From an uncultured Deferribacteres bacterium (GTDB lineage: Bacteria > Zhuqueibacterota > Zhuqueibacteria > Zhuqueibacterales > Geothermadaptataceae), in contig CAXHAT010000035.1 of assembly GCA_964014485.1 (NCBI GenBank), positions 1 through 49,083 on the forward strand: a DNA stretch of 49,083 bases, written 5' to 3'. The translations under genes and the position numbers were made by a program. The first letter of the stretch is position 1; each line of letters opens with the position of its first letter. Positions 1 through 8,321 of the stretch are shown here, one piece after another. The notes below the pieces were generated by a model. The model was not told the origin of the DNA. It did not search any database and saw only the letters and a program-made list of their open reading frames with translations.

Positions 1-13
1 GCGATGCAATGGA

Positions 14-47
14 GTCTCGTGGGCTCGGAGATGTGTATAAGAGACAG
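14..47 (+). other. Nextera read-2 transposase adapter (sequencing artefact), preceded by a probable 8-nt index
   Basis: Exact GTCTCGTGGGCTCGGAGATGTGTATAAGAGACAG at 14-47, preceded by GAT+GCAATGGA. Confidence 0.98.
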
Positions 48-156
48 AAAAAATCCCATCGGACTCTGATCGCGCGTGTCAAACGATGCGTGCGTAACAT
101 CAGCTGGGTAATTTCAGAACAAGCAAACATTTCACAGGCAAGCAGTCTGTATATCT

Positions 157-2187
157 ATGGAAGAACCAAAAGAAAACAGCGTTTCGCAGTCATCCAGATT
201 CCTACAAGCTTGCGCCGGATGCGAAACTGATCAAACGCCGATCTGGATGATGCGGCAGGCTGGGCGCTACATGCCGGAATACCGTGCGATTCGCGAGCGC
301 CGAACCATGCTCGAGGTGATTAATTCGCCGGAGCTTTCCGCTGAAATCACCTTGCAGCCCATTGAAAAATTCGGCTTCGACGCCGCGATTATTTTCTCGG
401 ACATCCTCCCGCCGTTGGTGGGCATGGGGCTGGATTTGACTTATGAAAAAGGCGAAGGCCCGGTCATTCACAATCGCCTCGACGACGCAAATTCCATCGA
501 TCTTTTGGCAACCCCGCCCGCCGCCGAAACCATGTCCGGCACGCTCGAAGCGATCCGGCTGGTGACCAAAGAACTCACCCTGAGCAACGTACCGCTGATC
601 GGCTTTGCCGGAGCGCCGTTTACGCTGGCGAGCTACGCAATCGAAGGCGGCGGCAGTAAAAATTACGCCCGGACGAAGGCGCTCATGTACCGGGAGCCCG
701 CCGCATGGCAGCGCTTGATGGACAAGCTCGCGACCGTGCAAGCGGATTACTTGATCGCGCAAGCCAAAGCGGGCGCTTCGGCATTGCAATTGTTCGATTC
801 GTGGGCCGGGCTAGCGCTTGGGAAAGACGATTACGTCCGCTTTGTGCAGCCTTACAATCGCAAGATTTTCGAAGCCGTCAAGCGCCGCACAAACGTTCCG
901 CTCATCAATTTCAGCACCGGCACTTTTGCTTATCTCGAAGAAGTGCAAGCAGCGGGCGGGGACGTGATTGGCGTCGATTGGCGTATGCCGCTGGGCGAAG
1001 CTTGGCAAAAAATTGGTTTTGAAACGCCGATCATGGGCAATCTTGATCCAATCGCATTGCTCGCGCCCTGGCCGGAATTGAAAGCGCGCATCGACGACGT
1101 TCTTGAGCAAGCCGCCGGGCGACCGGGGCACATTTTTAACCTGGGTCACGGCATTTTGCCCAGCACGTCGATGGAAAATGTCCGGCGAACAATCGACTAC
1201 GTTCGCGAAAAAACGTCTCGCGCTTCTAGCGGCGTTTCCCCAAAAGTGAAAAAATCTCCAAAACCGCGTCTCGGCGTCTTGATGATGGCCTATGGCGGCC
1301 CGAACTCGCTGGACGAAATCCCCGGTTATCTCGCCGACATCCGCAGCGGCCGTCCGACCACGCCGGAAGTGCTCGAAGAAATCACCAACAACTACACAAA
1401 AATCGGCGGCAAGTCGCCGTTGCTTGATTTTACGCAAGCGCAAGTCGATGCCGTCGCCGCGCATTTTGGCGAGGACGTCAAATTTTATCTCGGCATGCGC
1501 CACTGGTCGCCGTGGATTGAAGATGCGGTCGGAGACATGATCGCCGACGGAATCACGCACGCCGTCAGCATGGTGCTCGCGCCGCATTTCAGCAAATTGA
1601 GCATCGCGAAATACCAGGACAAAATCGCGGCTGGGTTGAAAATGCACCGCGGCGAAATTGCATTTGATCACATTATGAGCTACCACGACGCGCCAAAATA
1701 CATTCGCGCCCTTGCCAAGCGCGTGCGCGCCGGATTCGATCATTGGCCGCCGGAAGAGCGGGGCGACGTTCACGTCGTTTTCAGCGCGCACAGCCTGCCG
1801 GAACGCATTCTGAAAATGGGCGATCCTTACGATAGCCAGTTGCGCGAGACGGCAAAATTGGTCGCCCGGGCGGCGGAGCTTCGTGACGATCAATGGTCGT
1901 GGAGCTATCAATCCGCCGGACGCAGCCCCGAGCCGTGGCTGGGGCCGCAGCTTGAAGATTATCTGCCGGAATTGGCGCAAAAAGGCGTGAAAAAAGTCGT
2001 CTCCATTCCCGTCGGATTTGTGTGCGACCATGTCGAAATTCTTTTCGATATTGACATTGAAGCGCAAAACGCGATCAAGGACACGGGCATGACGCTCGTA
2101 CGCCCGGAAGCGCTCAATACCGATCCGCTTTTTATCGAACAATTGGCGGATTTGATCAAAGAACGAATTGAAAAAATAAAACCTTAA
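157..2187 (+). CDS. hemE-hemH: Fusion of uroporphyrinogen decarboxylase (HemE) and ferrochelatase (HemH/CpfC)
   Basis: N-half has the HemE motifs PIWMMRQAGRYMPEY, DAAIIFSDIL and HIFNLGHGI. After a K/S/P-rich linker, the C-half has the ferrochelatase motifs LMMAYGGP, FSAHSLP, WLGP and GFVCDHVEILFDID. One open frame, no internal stop. Confidence 0.93.
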   Translation: MEEPKENSVSQSSRFLQACAGCETDQTPIWMMRQAGRYMPEYRAIRERRTMLEVINSPELSAEITLQPIEKFGFDAAIIFSDILPPLVGMGLDLTYEKGEGPVIHNRLDDANSIDLLATPPAAETMSGTLEAIRLVTKELTLSNVPLIGFAGAPFTLASYAIEGGGSKNYARTKALMYREPAAWQRLMDKLATVQADYLIAQAKAGASALQLFDSWAGLALGKDDYVRFVQPYNRKIFEAVKRRTNVPLINFSTGTFAYLEEVQAAGGDVIGVDWRMPLGEAWQKIGFETPIMGNLDPIALLAPWPELKARIDDVLEQAAGRPGHIFNLGHGILPSTSMENVRRTIDYVREKTSRASSGVSPKVKKSPKPRLGVLMMAYGGPNSLDEIPGYLADIRSGRPTTPEVLEEITNNYTKIGGKSPLLDFTQAQVDAVAAHFGEDVKFYLGMRHWSPWIEDAVGDMIADGITHAVSMVLAPHFSKLSIAKYQDKIAAGLKMHRGEIAFDHIMSYHDAPKYIRALAKRVRAGFDHWPPEERGDVHVVFSAHSLPERILKMGDPYDSQLRETAKLVARAAELRDDQWSWSYQSAGRSPEPWLGPQLEDYLPELAQKGVKKVVSIPVGFVCDHVEILFDIDIEAQNAIKDTGMTLVRPEALNTDPLFIEQLADLIKERIEKIKP

Positions 2188-2239
2188 CGCAGAGTCGCAA
2201 AGAACGCGGAGAAAGAGTGGAGTGAATGTTTGCTCGATC

Positions 2240-2311
2240 TGGAGTATTGGAATAATGGATTGTTGGCTTTGTTTTTCCATCAATCCAATTATCCAACATT
2301 CCAATACTCCA
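2240..2311. repeat. Palindromic element built from tandem 8-mers (GGAGTATT/GGAATAAT... and their complements)
   Basis: ggagtatt-ggaataat-ggattgtt faces ccatcaat-ccaattat-ccaacatt-ccaatact; 14-bp perfect arms; second copy at 24832-24910. Confidence 0.75.
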
Positions 2312-2358
2312 TGAAAAGCGTTTGCTCTGCGGCAAATCGATGATAAAATTTTTGAGAA

Positions 2359-3741
2359 ATGAAACCCTTTGACTGTGTGATCATTGGCGGGGGAATCACA
2401 GGACTGGCGGCGGCGCACAGGCTGAAAACGCTGCGCCCGGACGCTTCGTTCTTGCTGCTCGAATCGGGTTCGCATTTGGGCGGAAAAATCGTGACGGAAT
2501 CCGTGAACGGTTTTACAATCGAAGCCTCCGCTGATTCGTTTCTTTCGCGCAAGCCCGAAGCCGTCGCGCTGGCGGAAGAACTCGGCCTGCTCGACCGCCT
2601 GCAAAGTCCAAAACCGGAAAATCGGCAAAGCTGGGTACTGCGCTGTGGAAAACTGCACAAAATCCCCGAAGGCTTGACCGGCCTGATTCCCGCCAATCTC
2701 GAAGCGCTGACCAACAATACTCTCCTTTCCGCGGACGCCGTTGCGCGAATTAAAGCCGAAACCGAAGTCCCGCCCGCCGCTCCAAAAGCCGACGAGAGCG
2801 TCGCTGATTTTATCACTCGGCGCATGGGGCGAGAAGCTTTTGAAAATCTGATCGAGCCGCTGATGGGCGGCATTTTCGGCGGGCGTGCTGATCTTCTGAG
2901 CATAAACGCCACTTTTCCGCAACTGAGAAATCTTGAGCAAAAATACGGCAGTCTCTTGCTCGGCTTGAGCGAAAACGGCAACGGTGCCGCGCTGGGCGTC
3001 AACGGCAAACTGCCGCCGTTTCTTAGTTTTAAAGGCGGCATGACCGAATTGATCGCAGCTTTGCAAACGCAAATCGGGGAAGAAAATATCCGTTGCAACG
3101 CACTGGTCGAATCCGTCGAAGCGCTGGGCGGGAAATATAAAATTTCGCTCAAAAACGCCCGGCAAGCGATCAACGCCAAATCGATTTTGCTCACGACGCC
3201 TGCTTTCACCACAGCGGAGCTTTTGCGGTCGCTTGACCTTGAACTCAGCGACGCGCTGAAAGCAATTCCTTACAGTTCGAGCGCCATCGTGACCTTGGCC
3301 TACGATGAAAAACGCCTCCCCCGCAAGCCGGACGGCTACGGCTACATCATTCCAAGAATCGAAGAACGAAACGTTTTAGCTTGCACCTGGACTTCAGCAA
3401 AATGGGAAAATCGTGCGCCGGAAGGCAAGGCGCTGTTTCGCGTTTTTCTTGGCCGCTTTGGGGACAAAATCGATGAAATTGAAGACGCTGCGCTCAAAAA
3501 GTTAGCCCTGGAAGAATTGCGAGAGACGCTCTCCATTGACGCAAACCCGGAAATTGCCAAAATTCAGCGCTGGCCGCACGCCATGCCGCAATACACGCTT
3601 GGACATCTTGATCGAATTCAAAAGATCGAGCGACTTGCAAAACCGCACCCTGGCTTAGCGCTGGCCGGAGCTTATTTTCACGGCGTCGGCGTCCCCGACT
3701 GCATCCGCGAAGGCCGAAAAGCGGCGGAAAGTTTGGTTTAA
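2359..3741 (+). CDS. hemY: HemY-type coproporphyrinogen/protoporphyrinogen oxidase
   Basis: FAD-binding IIGGGITGLAAA, GGKIVT, WPHAMPQY and GVGVPDCIREG; lies in the heme cluster. Confidence 0.93.
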   Translation: MKPFDCVIIGGGITGLAAAHRLKTLRPDASFLLLESGSHLGGKIVTESVNGFTIEASADSFLSRKPEAVALAEELGLLDRLQSPKPENRQSWVLRCGKLHKIPEGLTGLIPANLEALTNNTLLSADAVARIKAETEVPPAAPKADESVADFITRRMGREAFENLIEPLMGGIFGGRADLLSINATFPQLRNLEQKYGSLLLGLSENGNGAALGVNGKLPPFLSFKGGMTELIAALQTQIGEENIRCNALVESVEALGGKYKISLKNARQAINAKSILLTTPAFTTAELLRSLDLELSDALKAIPYSSSAIVTLAYDEKRLPRKPDGYGYIIPRIEERNVLACTWTSAKWENRAPEGKALFRVFLGRFGDKIDEIEDAALKKLALEELRETLSIDANPEIAKIQRWPHAMPQYTLGHLDRIQKIERLAKPHPGLALAGAYFHGVGVPDCIREGRKAAESLV

Positions 3742-3776
3742 TCGAGCCTGTTCTTGACATGATTTCAAACTCAAAT

Positions 3777-3910
3777 GAGGCTGTTGGACCCCATTTGTCA
3801 TTCTGAAAGAATCTTTGTTATCGTCCAGTACGGATCTCGCTCAAAGCCCAAGAGATAGATTTAAAAAGATGCTTTCAGCATGACAAATTGGGGCTTTTTA
3901 TGACGGCTTC
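3777..3910. repeat. REP-like palindromic element GTCATTCTGAAAGAATCT...AGATGCTTTCAGCATGAC (free copy of the element found inside MITE copies B and C)
   Basis: Arms ccccatttgtcattctgaaagaatcttt / aaagatgctttcagcatgacaaattgggg; internal sequence similar to 28840-28928 and 36269-36345. Confidence 0.8.
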
Positions 3911-3955
3911 GTTAGGGTTTAAGGTTAAAAAACTTCAAACCAATCACCTGAAACG

Positions 3956-5239
3956 ATGCATAAAACTTCAAAATCAAAAGCTCTGTTTGAAAAAGCCCGT
4001 CAACTTTTGCCGGGCGGTGTGAATTCGCCGGTGCGCGCATTCGGCGGCGTAGGCGGCGAGCCGATTTTTTTTGATAACGCTGAGGGCGCTTATCTAATCG
4101 ACGTGGACGGCAACCGCTACGTCGACTACGTTTTGTCTTGGGGGCCGCTGATCTTGGGTCACGCCCACCCCGATGTGGTCGAAGCCGTGCAAAAGGCGGC
4201 GGCGCGCGGCACGAGCTACGGCGCGCCCAATCCGTACGAAATCGAGTTGGCGGAATTGATCATGCAATTTATGCCCAACCTCGAAATGTTGCGCTTTGTC
4301 AACTCCGGCACCGAAGCGACGATGAGTGCGCTGCGTTTGGCGCGCGCTTTTACCGGGCGTGAGAAAATCATCAAATTTGAAGGCAACTATCACGGTCACG
4401 CGGATATGCTGCTGGTTTCGGCGGGTTCCGGCATTGCCACGCTTGGCTTACCCAACTCTCCCGGCGTGCCCAAAAGCGCCGTCGCCGACACATTGACGGC
4501 GAATTTCAATGATCTTGATTCGGTGGAAAAAATTTTTGAAGCCTGCAAAAACGAAATCGCCGCGATAATTGTTGAGCCGGTCGCCGGAAACATGGGCCTA
4601 GTTCCGCCGACGGAAGGCTTTTTAGAAGGCCTGCGAGAATTGGCGACGGCGAACGACGCGCTGCTGATTTTTGACGAGGTCATGACCGGATTCCGCGTAC
4701 ATCCCGGCGGCGCGCAAACGCTCTACAACGTGCAGCCGGACTTAACAGCGCTCGGCAAAGTCATCGGCGGCGGACTCCCCGTCGGGGCTTACGGCGGCAA
4801 GCGGGAAATCATGGAAATGGTCGCGCCGCTGGGGGCGATGTACCAAGCGGGAACTTTGTCGGGAAATCCTTTAGCGATGGCGGCGGGCATTGCCACCCTG
4901 CGCGGCCTGACGCGAGACGGCGTTTGGGAAAAAATGGCGGCGCTCGGGGAGCAACTCGACGCCGGATTAAAAGCGGCGGCGGAAGCGCACAACATCCCGG
5001 TTTTTCAGGCGCGCGTTGGCACGATGCAAGGCCTGTTTTTTACCGACCAACCCGTCACCGACTACGCCTCAGCCAAACGTTGCGACACGGATCGCTTCGC
5101 CAAATTCTTCTACGCCATGCTCAAGCGCGGCGTTTACCTCGCCCCGTCGCAGTTTGAAGCGGGGTTTCTTTCCACTGCTCATACCGGCAAAGAAATCGAA
5201 AAAACCGTTCAAGCCGCTGAAAAAAGTTTTGAAGGGTAA
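3956..5239 (+). CDS. hemL: Glutamate-1-semialdehyde 2,1-aminomutase
   Basis: [35 protein letters not shown]-lysine [15 protein letters not shown] and [10 protein letters not shown]. Confidence 0.97.
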   Translation: MHKTSKSKALFEKARQLLPGGVNSPVRAFGGVGGEPIFFDNAEGAYLIDVDGNRYVDYVLSWGPLILGHAHPDVVEAVQKAAARGTSYGAPNPYEIELAELIMQFMPNLEMLRFVNSGTEATMSALRLARAFTGREKIIKFEGNYHGHADMLLVSAGSGIATLGLPNSPGVPKSAVADTLTANFNDLDSVEKIFEACKNEIAAIIVEPVAGNMGLVPPTEGFLEGLRELATANDALLIFDEVMTGFRVHPGGAQTLYNVQPDLTALGKVIGGGLPVGAYGGKREIMEMVAPLGAMYQAGTLSGNPLAMAAGIATLRGLTRDGVWEKMAALGEQLDAGLKAAAEAHNIPVFQARVGTMQGLFFTDQPVTDYASAKRCDTDRFAKFFYAMLKRGVYLAPSQFEAGFLSTAHTGKEIEKTVQAAEKSFEG

Positions 5240-5308
5240 CTTTCCTTTACTCGAAAATCTTGTATATTGATTATCTGAAAAAGCATACACATCGCGTGAA
5301 GAAGCGGT

Positions 5309-5707
5309 ATGAGTTTTTTTGTCTACTTTCAAATTGATCGGCAGCTTCCAAAGGAACAAGCTGAAATGTTGGCATCTCACATTTCGGAAACTTCCGGTTT
5401 TTTTCTATGGGCGAACCATGGCTGGTTTGCCAAGACCGCCAATAGTTTCGTGACAACTGACAGTGGGGATTTGTTTACGGGCCAAGGTAACTTAAAGCCA
5501 CAACCAAACATCGCATCTCAAATAAAAGCAGTTGTTAAGACTCTTCTAAACACCAGTTCATTTGTCATTTTTCAAGCCGCTTGGGGAGGAGAAGAAAAAG
5601 ACAATCAATGGGCGATTGATGTAAATGAAGCAAGATTCGCTGAACTGTTGGATGGTGATAGATTAAAAGAGAAAACGCCATACAGAATTACCCTTTCAAA
5701 AGGATGA
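5309..5707 (+). CDS. Hypothetical protein (132 aa), AT-richer than the hem genes
   Basis: ATG-started ORF between hemL and the TA pair; no motif recognised. Confidence 0.6.
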   Translation: MSFFVYFQIDRQLPKEQAEMLASHISETSGFFLWANHGWFAKTANSFVTTDSGDLFTGQGNLKPQPNIASQIKAVVKTLLNTSSFVIFQAAWGGEEKDNQWAIDVNEARFAELLDGDRLKEKTPYRITLSKG

Positions 5708-5855
5708 GAATTGAAGGCGAGTCTGAGTTAACGCAAGTTCGTACAAACATGATTTTATCCGACAATGACGCCCAATGTAAACCAATACAAACCGTAATAT
5801 TCCTTTTCATGCCAAGACGGCGTCGAATCAGATGGTGATGATAGAAATAAACTCT

Positions 5856-5890
5856 TGCGATTGTACAAAAAAGCAGCGATTGTTTGTGCA
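5856..5890 (+). promoter_or_regulatory. Probable promoter/operator of the TA module
   Basis: TTGTACAA palindrome at 5861-5868 and a TGTGCA variant at 5885-5890 upstream of the GAGGAG RBS; TGTACA is the known YefM operator core. Confidence 0.5.
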
Positions 5891-5913
5891 TGACAACAAA
5901 GAGGAGAAATTGG

Positions 5914-6186
5914 ATGCTGCAAATTTCAACCAATGCGCTTCGCGCTAATATGGCAGAGACGTTCAAGAAAGTTGACGCTGAATCGGAGACATTACTGGTA
6001 AAGCGAAAAGATGATAAAAATATGATCGTTTTACCTGAGCGAGAATATAACGCTCTCGCCGAGACGGCGTATCTTCTGGCTTCACCGGCAAATGCAAAAG
6101 CGCTGTTAGAAGCGCTAGTAGAAATGGAGCAGGGTGAAGCGGTAGAAATGACAATTGACGAACTGAAGCAAGAAGTCGGACTTTGA
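5914..6186 (+). CDS. yefM: Phd/YefM-family antitoxin
   Basis: LRANMAETFKKV...YNALAETAYLLASPANAKALLEA matches the YefM pattern; RBS GAGGAG at 5901; overlaps the toxin start. Confidence 0.9.
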   Translation: MLQISTNALRANMAETFKKVDAESETLLVKRKDDKNMIVLPEREYNALAETAYLLASPANAKALLEALVEMEQGEAVEMTIDELKQEVGL

Positions 6187-6434
6187 AATTAAAGTTTACA
6201 CCGCATTTTTTAAAACAACTGAAAAGTCTGAAGAAATCTGAAAAGAAAGCTGCGGAGCGAGTAATATTGTTAATCGAAGCAATCCGGGAAAATCCATTTG
6301 AAGGGCTCGGAAAACCGGAAAAGTTGAAGTACAGGAAAAACATATATTCCCGCAGAATCACAAGTAAGCATAGACTCGTTTACTGCATCGAGGGTGATGA
6401 GATCACCTTTTTGCAATGCCGGTATCATTATTGA
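6183..6434 (+). CDS. yoeB: Txe/YoeB-family mRNA interferase toxin
   Basis: NPFEGLGKPEKLKY, YSRRITSKHRLVY and C-terminal CRYHY; TTG start overlaps the antitoxin stop. Confidence 0.93.
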   Translation: MKLKFTPHFLKQLKSLKKSEKKAAERVILLIEAIRENPFEGLGKPEKLKYRKNIYSRRITSKHRLVYCIEGDEITFLQCRYHY

Positions 6435-6520
6435 AAACAAGGTTCGAGTCTTGATGAATGTGAGTCCGGTTTCACAACGTGCATCTGGATCTAACGGCCT
6501 CCAACTGCTCGCCCTCTGCC

Positions 6521-6760
6521 GTTTTTCAGGCGCGCGCAGGCACGATGCAAGGCCTGTTTCTCACCGACCAGCCCGTCACCGACTACGCCTCCGCCAAACT
6601 TTGCGACACGGACCGCTTCGCCAAATTCTTCCACGCCATGCTCAAGCGCGGCGTCTACCCCGCCCCGTCGCAATTTGAAGCGGGGTTTCTTTCCACCGCT
6701 CACACTAGTAAGGAAATCGAAAAAACCGTTCAAGCCGCTGAAGAGAGTTTTGGGCAGTAG
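6521..6760 (+). pseudogene. hemL: 5'-truncated duplicate of the hemL 3' end (copy 2, 79 codons plus stop)
   Basis: Colinear with 5000-5239; 70 of 79 aa identical, many synonymous changes; no start codon or N-terminal part. Confidence 0.93.
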
Positions 6761-6888
6761 GGTTCGTTTTGTTTAACCGTAAGTACAAAACTCTCCCTGT
6801 TTTCTCGCGAAATCAAAAGCGATTTTTTTCGAGCAAGCGATGCTGGTTTACCACGTCGGCTTGTCGTTTTAGCCTGCAACAGTTTCTC

Positions 6889-6917
6889 TTGACATTGCTT
6901 GTCTTGCCTGATAGGTT
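6889..6917 (+). promoter_or_regulatory. Sigma70-like promoter pointing into the cassette block
   Basis: TTGACA-N17-TAGGTT. Confidence 0.55.
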
Positions 6918-7063
6918 GCTTAATTCGGGAACGTATATTTTATATTGAGCTTGAAACTGAAACCCTTGGCGAAATCGTGTAACGAACCGCCGTCCACAAA
7001 AATAGTAGAACGCCTTACACGGAAGGATAAGACAAATGCTTTGAAAACCGGGTTTGCGGGAAT

Positions 7064-7189
7064 ATTAAGCTGGAAAGATGCAGGCCTTGTCCGCTCGCCA
7101 GACTTCCAATATTGGAGATTTTCACGACTTCTTTTCATACTGGAAATACGACGGTCGCCGTCTCGGCAGCTTAATGAGCTGTCCTGGGC
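7064..7189 (+). other. Degenerate attC-like remnant
   Basis: ATTAAGCTG (7064) pairs with CAGCTTAAT (7167), resembling L''/L' boxes; inner stem ttccaatattg/catactggaa; R' reduced to CCTGGGC and R'' not recognisable. Confidence 0.35.
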
Positions 7190-7218
7190 TGCAACGAAAT
7201 TTCTTTCAATAGAAAAAT

Positions 7219-8172
7219 ATGAAACTACAATTAAACTCCGAGAAGCCTACGTTACATACAAATCTATCGTATAGAGATTTCTTTAATAAGTACAACCCGT
7301 TTACAGATGGACAAGCTTTTATTGCTACGTACAGCTTTAGATTTTCCAATTTTGATTTTTGGTCTAAACTTGAGCCTTTGTCTGTTTTGTACGTTTCTGA
7401 AAAATACGAGAGAGAAGCGCAAGCATTTTTACAGCGTTTTCCTCTTTTTGAAGTTTACAGTGTGCCTAAACTGCATACAAAAGCAATATTTTTCAATGAT
7501 TCTGGAAGGTTGTTGTTGGGTAGTGAAAACTTATATGCATCAGAATCGCTGTTTTCAGAATTGATGGTTGAGCTGTCTATTGCACCGGAACAGAAAGAAG
7601 AAGTTGTTCAGATGGCTTTTCGGTCATTGAATGGAAAAATTCTTACATGCGAATATGGGTTATCCGATATCCGATTGAACCCAGACGGTTATCCATATTT
7701 GCCATGCGAGAAGGAGATAACTTATTGGGATTTGGTAGCGAGACGGATGACTCCAGGAGGAAAACGGCCAGACCCCGAGTTTCATAGTCCAAGCTATATT
7801 TATCATTTATTGGAATATGATGTTGGTGGAAAACGGCATATCTTAGCATTTAATAGGGGATATGCTTACATCGGTGATATAAGTGTTGAGTGTGCCAATT
7901 GGCTTTTAGAGAACTGTGAGTTGACCCAATATTCAACACAGGGAAACGGAATTATGGTATCAACAGCTAGTGATTTAATAGATACTTCTCCCCGCAAAGA
8001 TTATTTTCTAAATTATCATCCAGTTGCCAGAGAAAATCGAGCCACTAAAGCTTATTGGTTAGGAAAAGTCAAAAACCAAAGAATGCATGAAGAGTTGATA
8101 GAACCTATTTTGCGCAAGGATATTACGAGAAGAAAAATTATCCATCCAAAAGATCAGGCGACCCAACCCTAA
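7219..8172 (+). CDS. PLD (HKD)-superfamily nuclease-like protein with an unknown C-terminal domain
   Basis: LHTKAIFFNDSGRLLLGSENL...ELMV fits HxK...GSxN...E; AT-rich; its 3' end overlaps an attC R'' box. Confidence 0.6.
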   Translation: MKLQLNSEKPTLHTNLSYRDFFNKYNPFTDGQAFIATYSFRFSNFDFWSKLEPLSVLYVSEKYEREAQAFLQRFPLFEVYSVPKLHTKAIFFNDSGRLLLGSENLYASESLFSELMVELSIAPEQKEEVVQMAFRSLNGKILTCEYGLSDIRLNPDGYPYLPCEKEITYWDLVARRMTPGGKRPDPEFHSPSYIYHLLEYDVGGKRHILAFNRGYAYIGDISVECANWLLENCELTQYSTQGNGIMVSTASDLIDTSPRKDYFLNYHPVARENRATKAYWLGKVKNQRMHEELIEPILRKDITRRKIIHPKDQATQP

Positions 8173-8286
8173 TTGCACCTGACCTGCCTGACGATAGAGC
8201 GGTGCGCGGCACCAAAAGCCAAATCTGGCTGTGCTTCAAAATGTTTTATAGCCAACCCCGGCAGGAAGGTAAATATTTCATTATAT
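8161..8286 (+). other. Integron attC-like site (partly decayed)
   Basis: R'' ACCCAAC, 5-nt spacer, L'' TTGCACCT, cctgcc/ggcagg stem, L' AGGTAAA, 6-nt spacer, R' ATTATAT (one base from GTTATAT). Confidence 0.6.
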
Positions 8287-8321
8287 TTCATGGAATCTTC
8301 GTTTCAACTGGATCTTTTGAA

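Noticed and set aside
9..230. 73-aa ORF MESRGLGDVYKRQ...
   Set aside because: Its start is adapter sequence and the rest overlaps hemE out of frame
2240..2311. Tandem 8-mers as a CRISPR array
   Set aside because: Units are 8 bp, inverted and have no spacers; no cas genes in the window
811..3165. 784-aa antisense ORF spanning hemH and hemY, and other long antisense ORFs
   Set aside because: Shadow frames of well-supported genes with no recognisable motifs
6920..7274. Short ORFs upstream of the cassettes as an integron integrase remnant
   Set aside because: No tyrosine-recombinase motifs (HxLRH, catalytic Tyr) in the translations provided
8202..8321. GTG-started N-terminal extension of the serine hydrolase
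   Set aside because: It runs through the attC site; ATG 8322 gives a normal lipoprotein signal peptide
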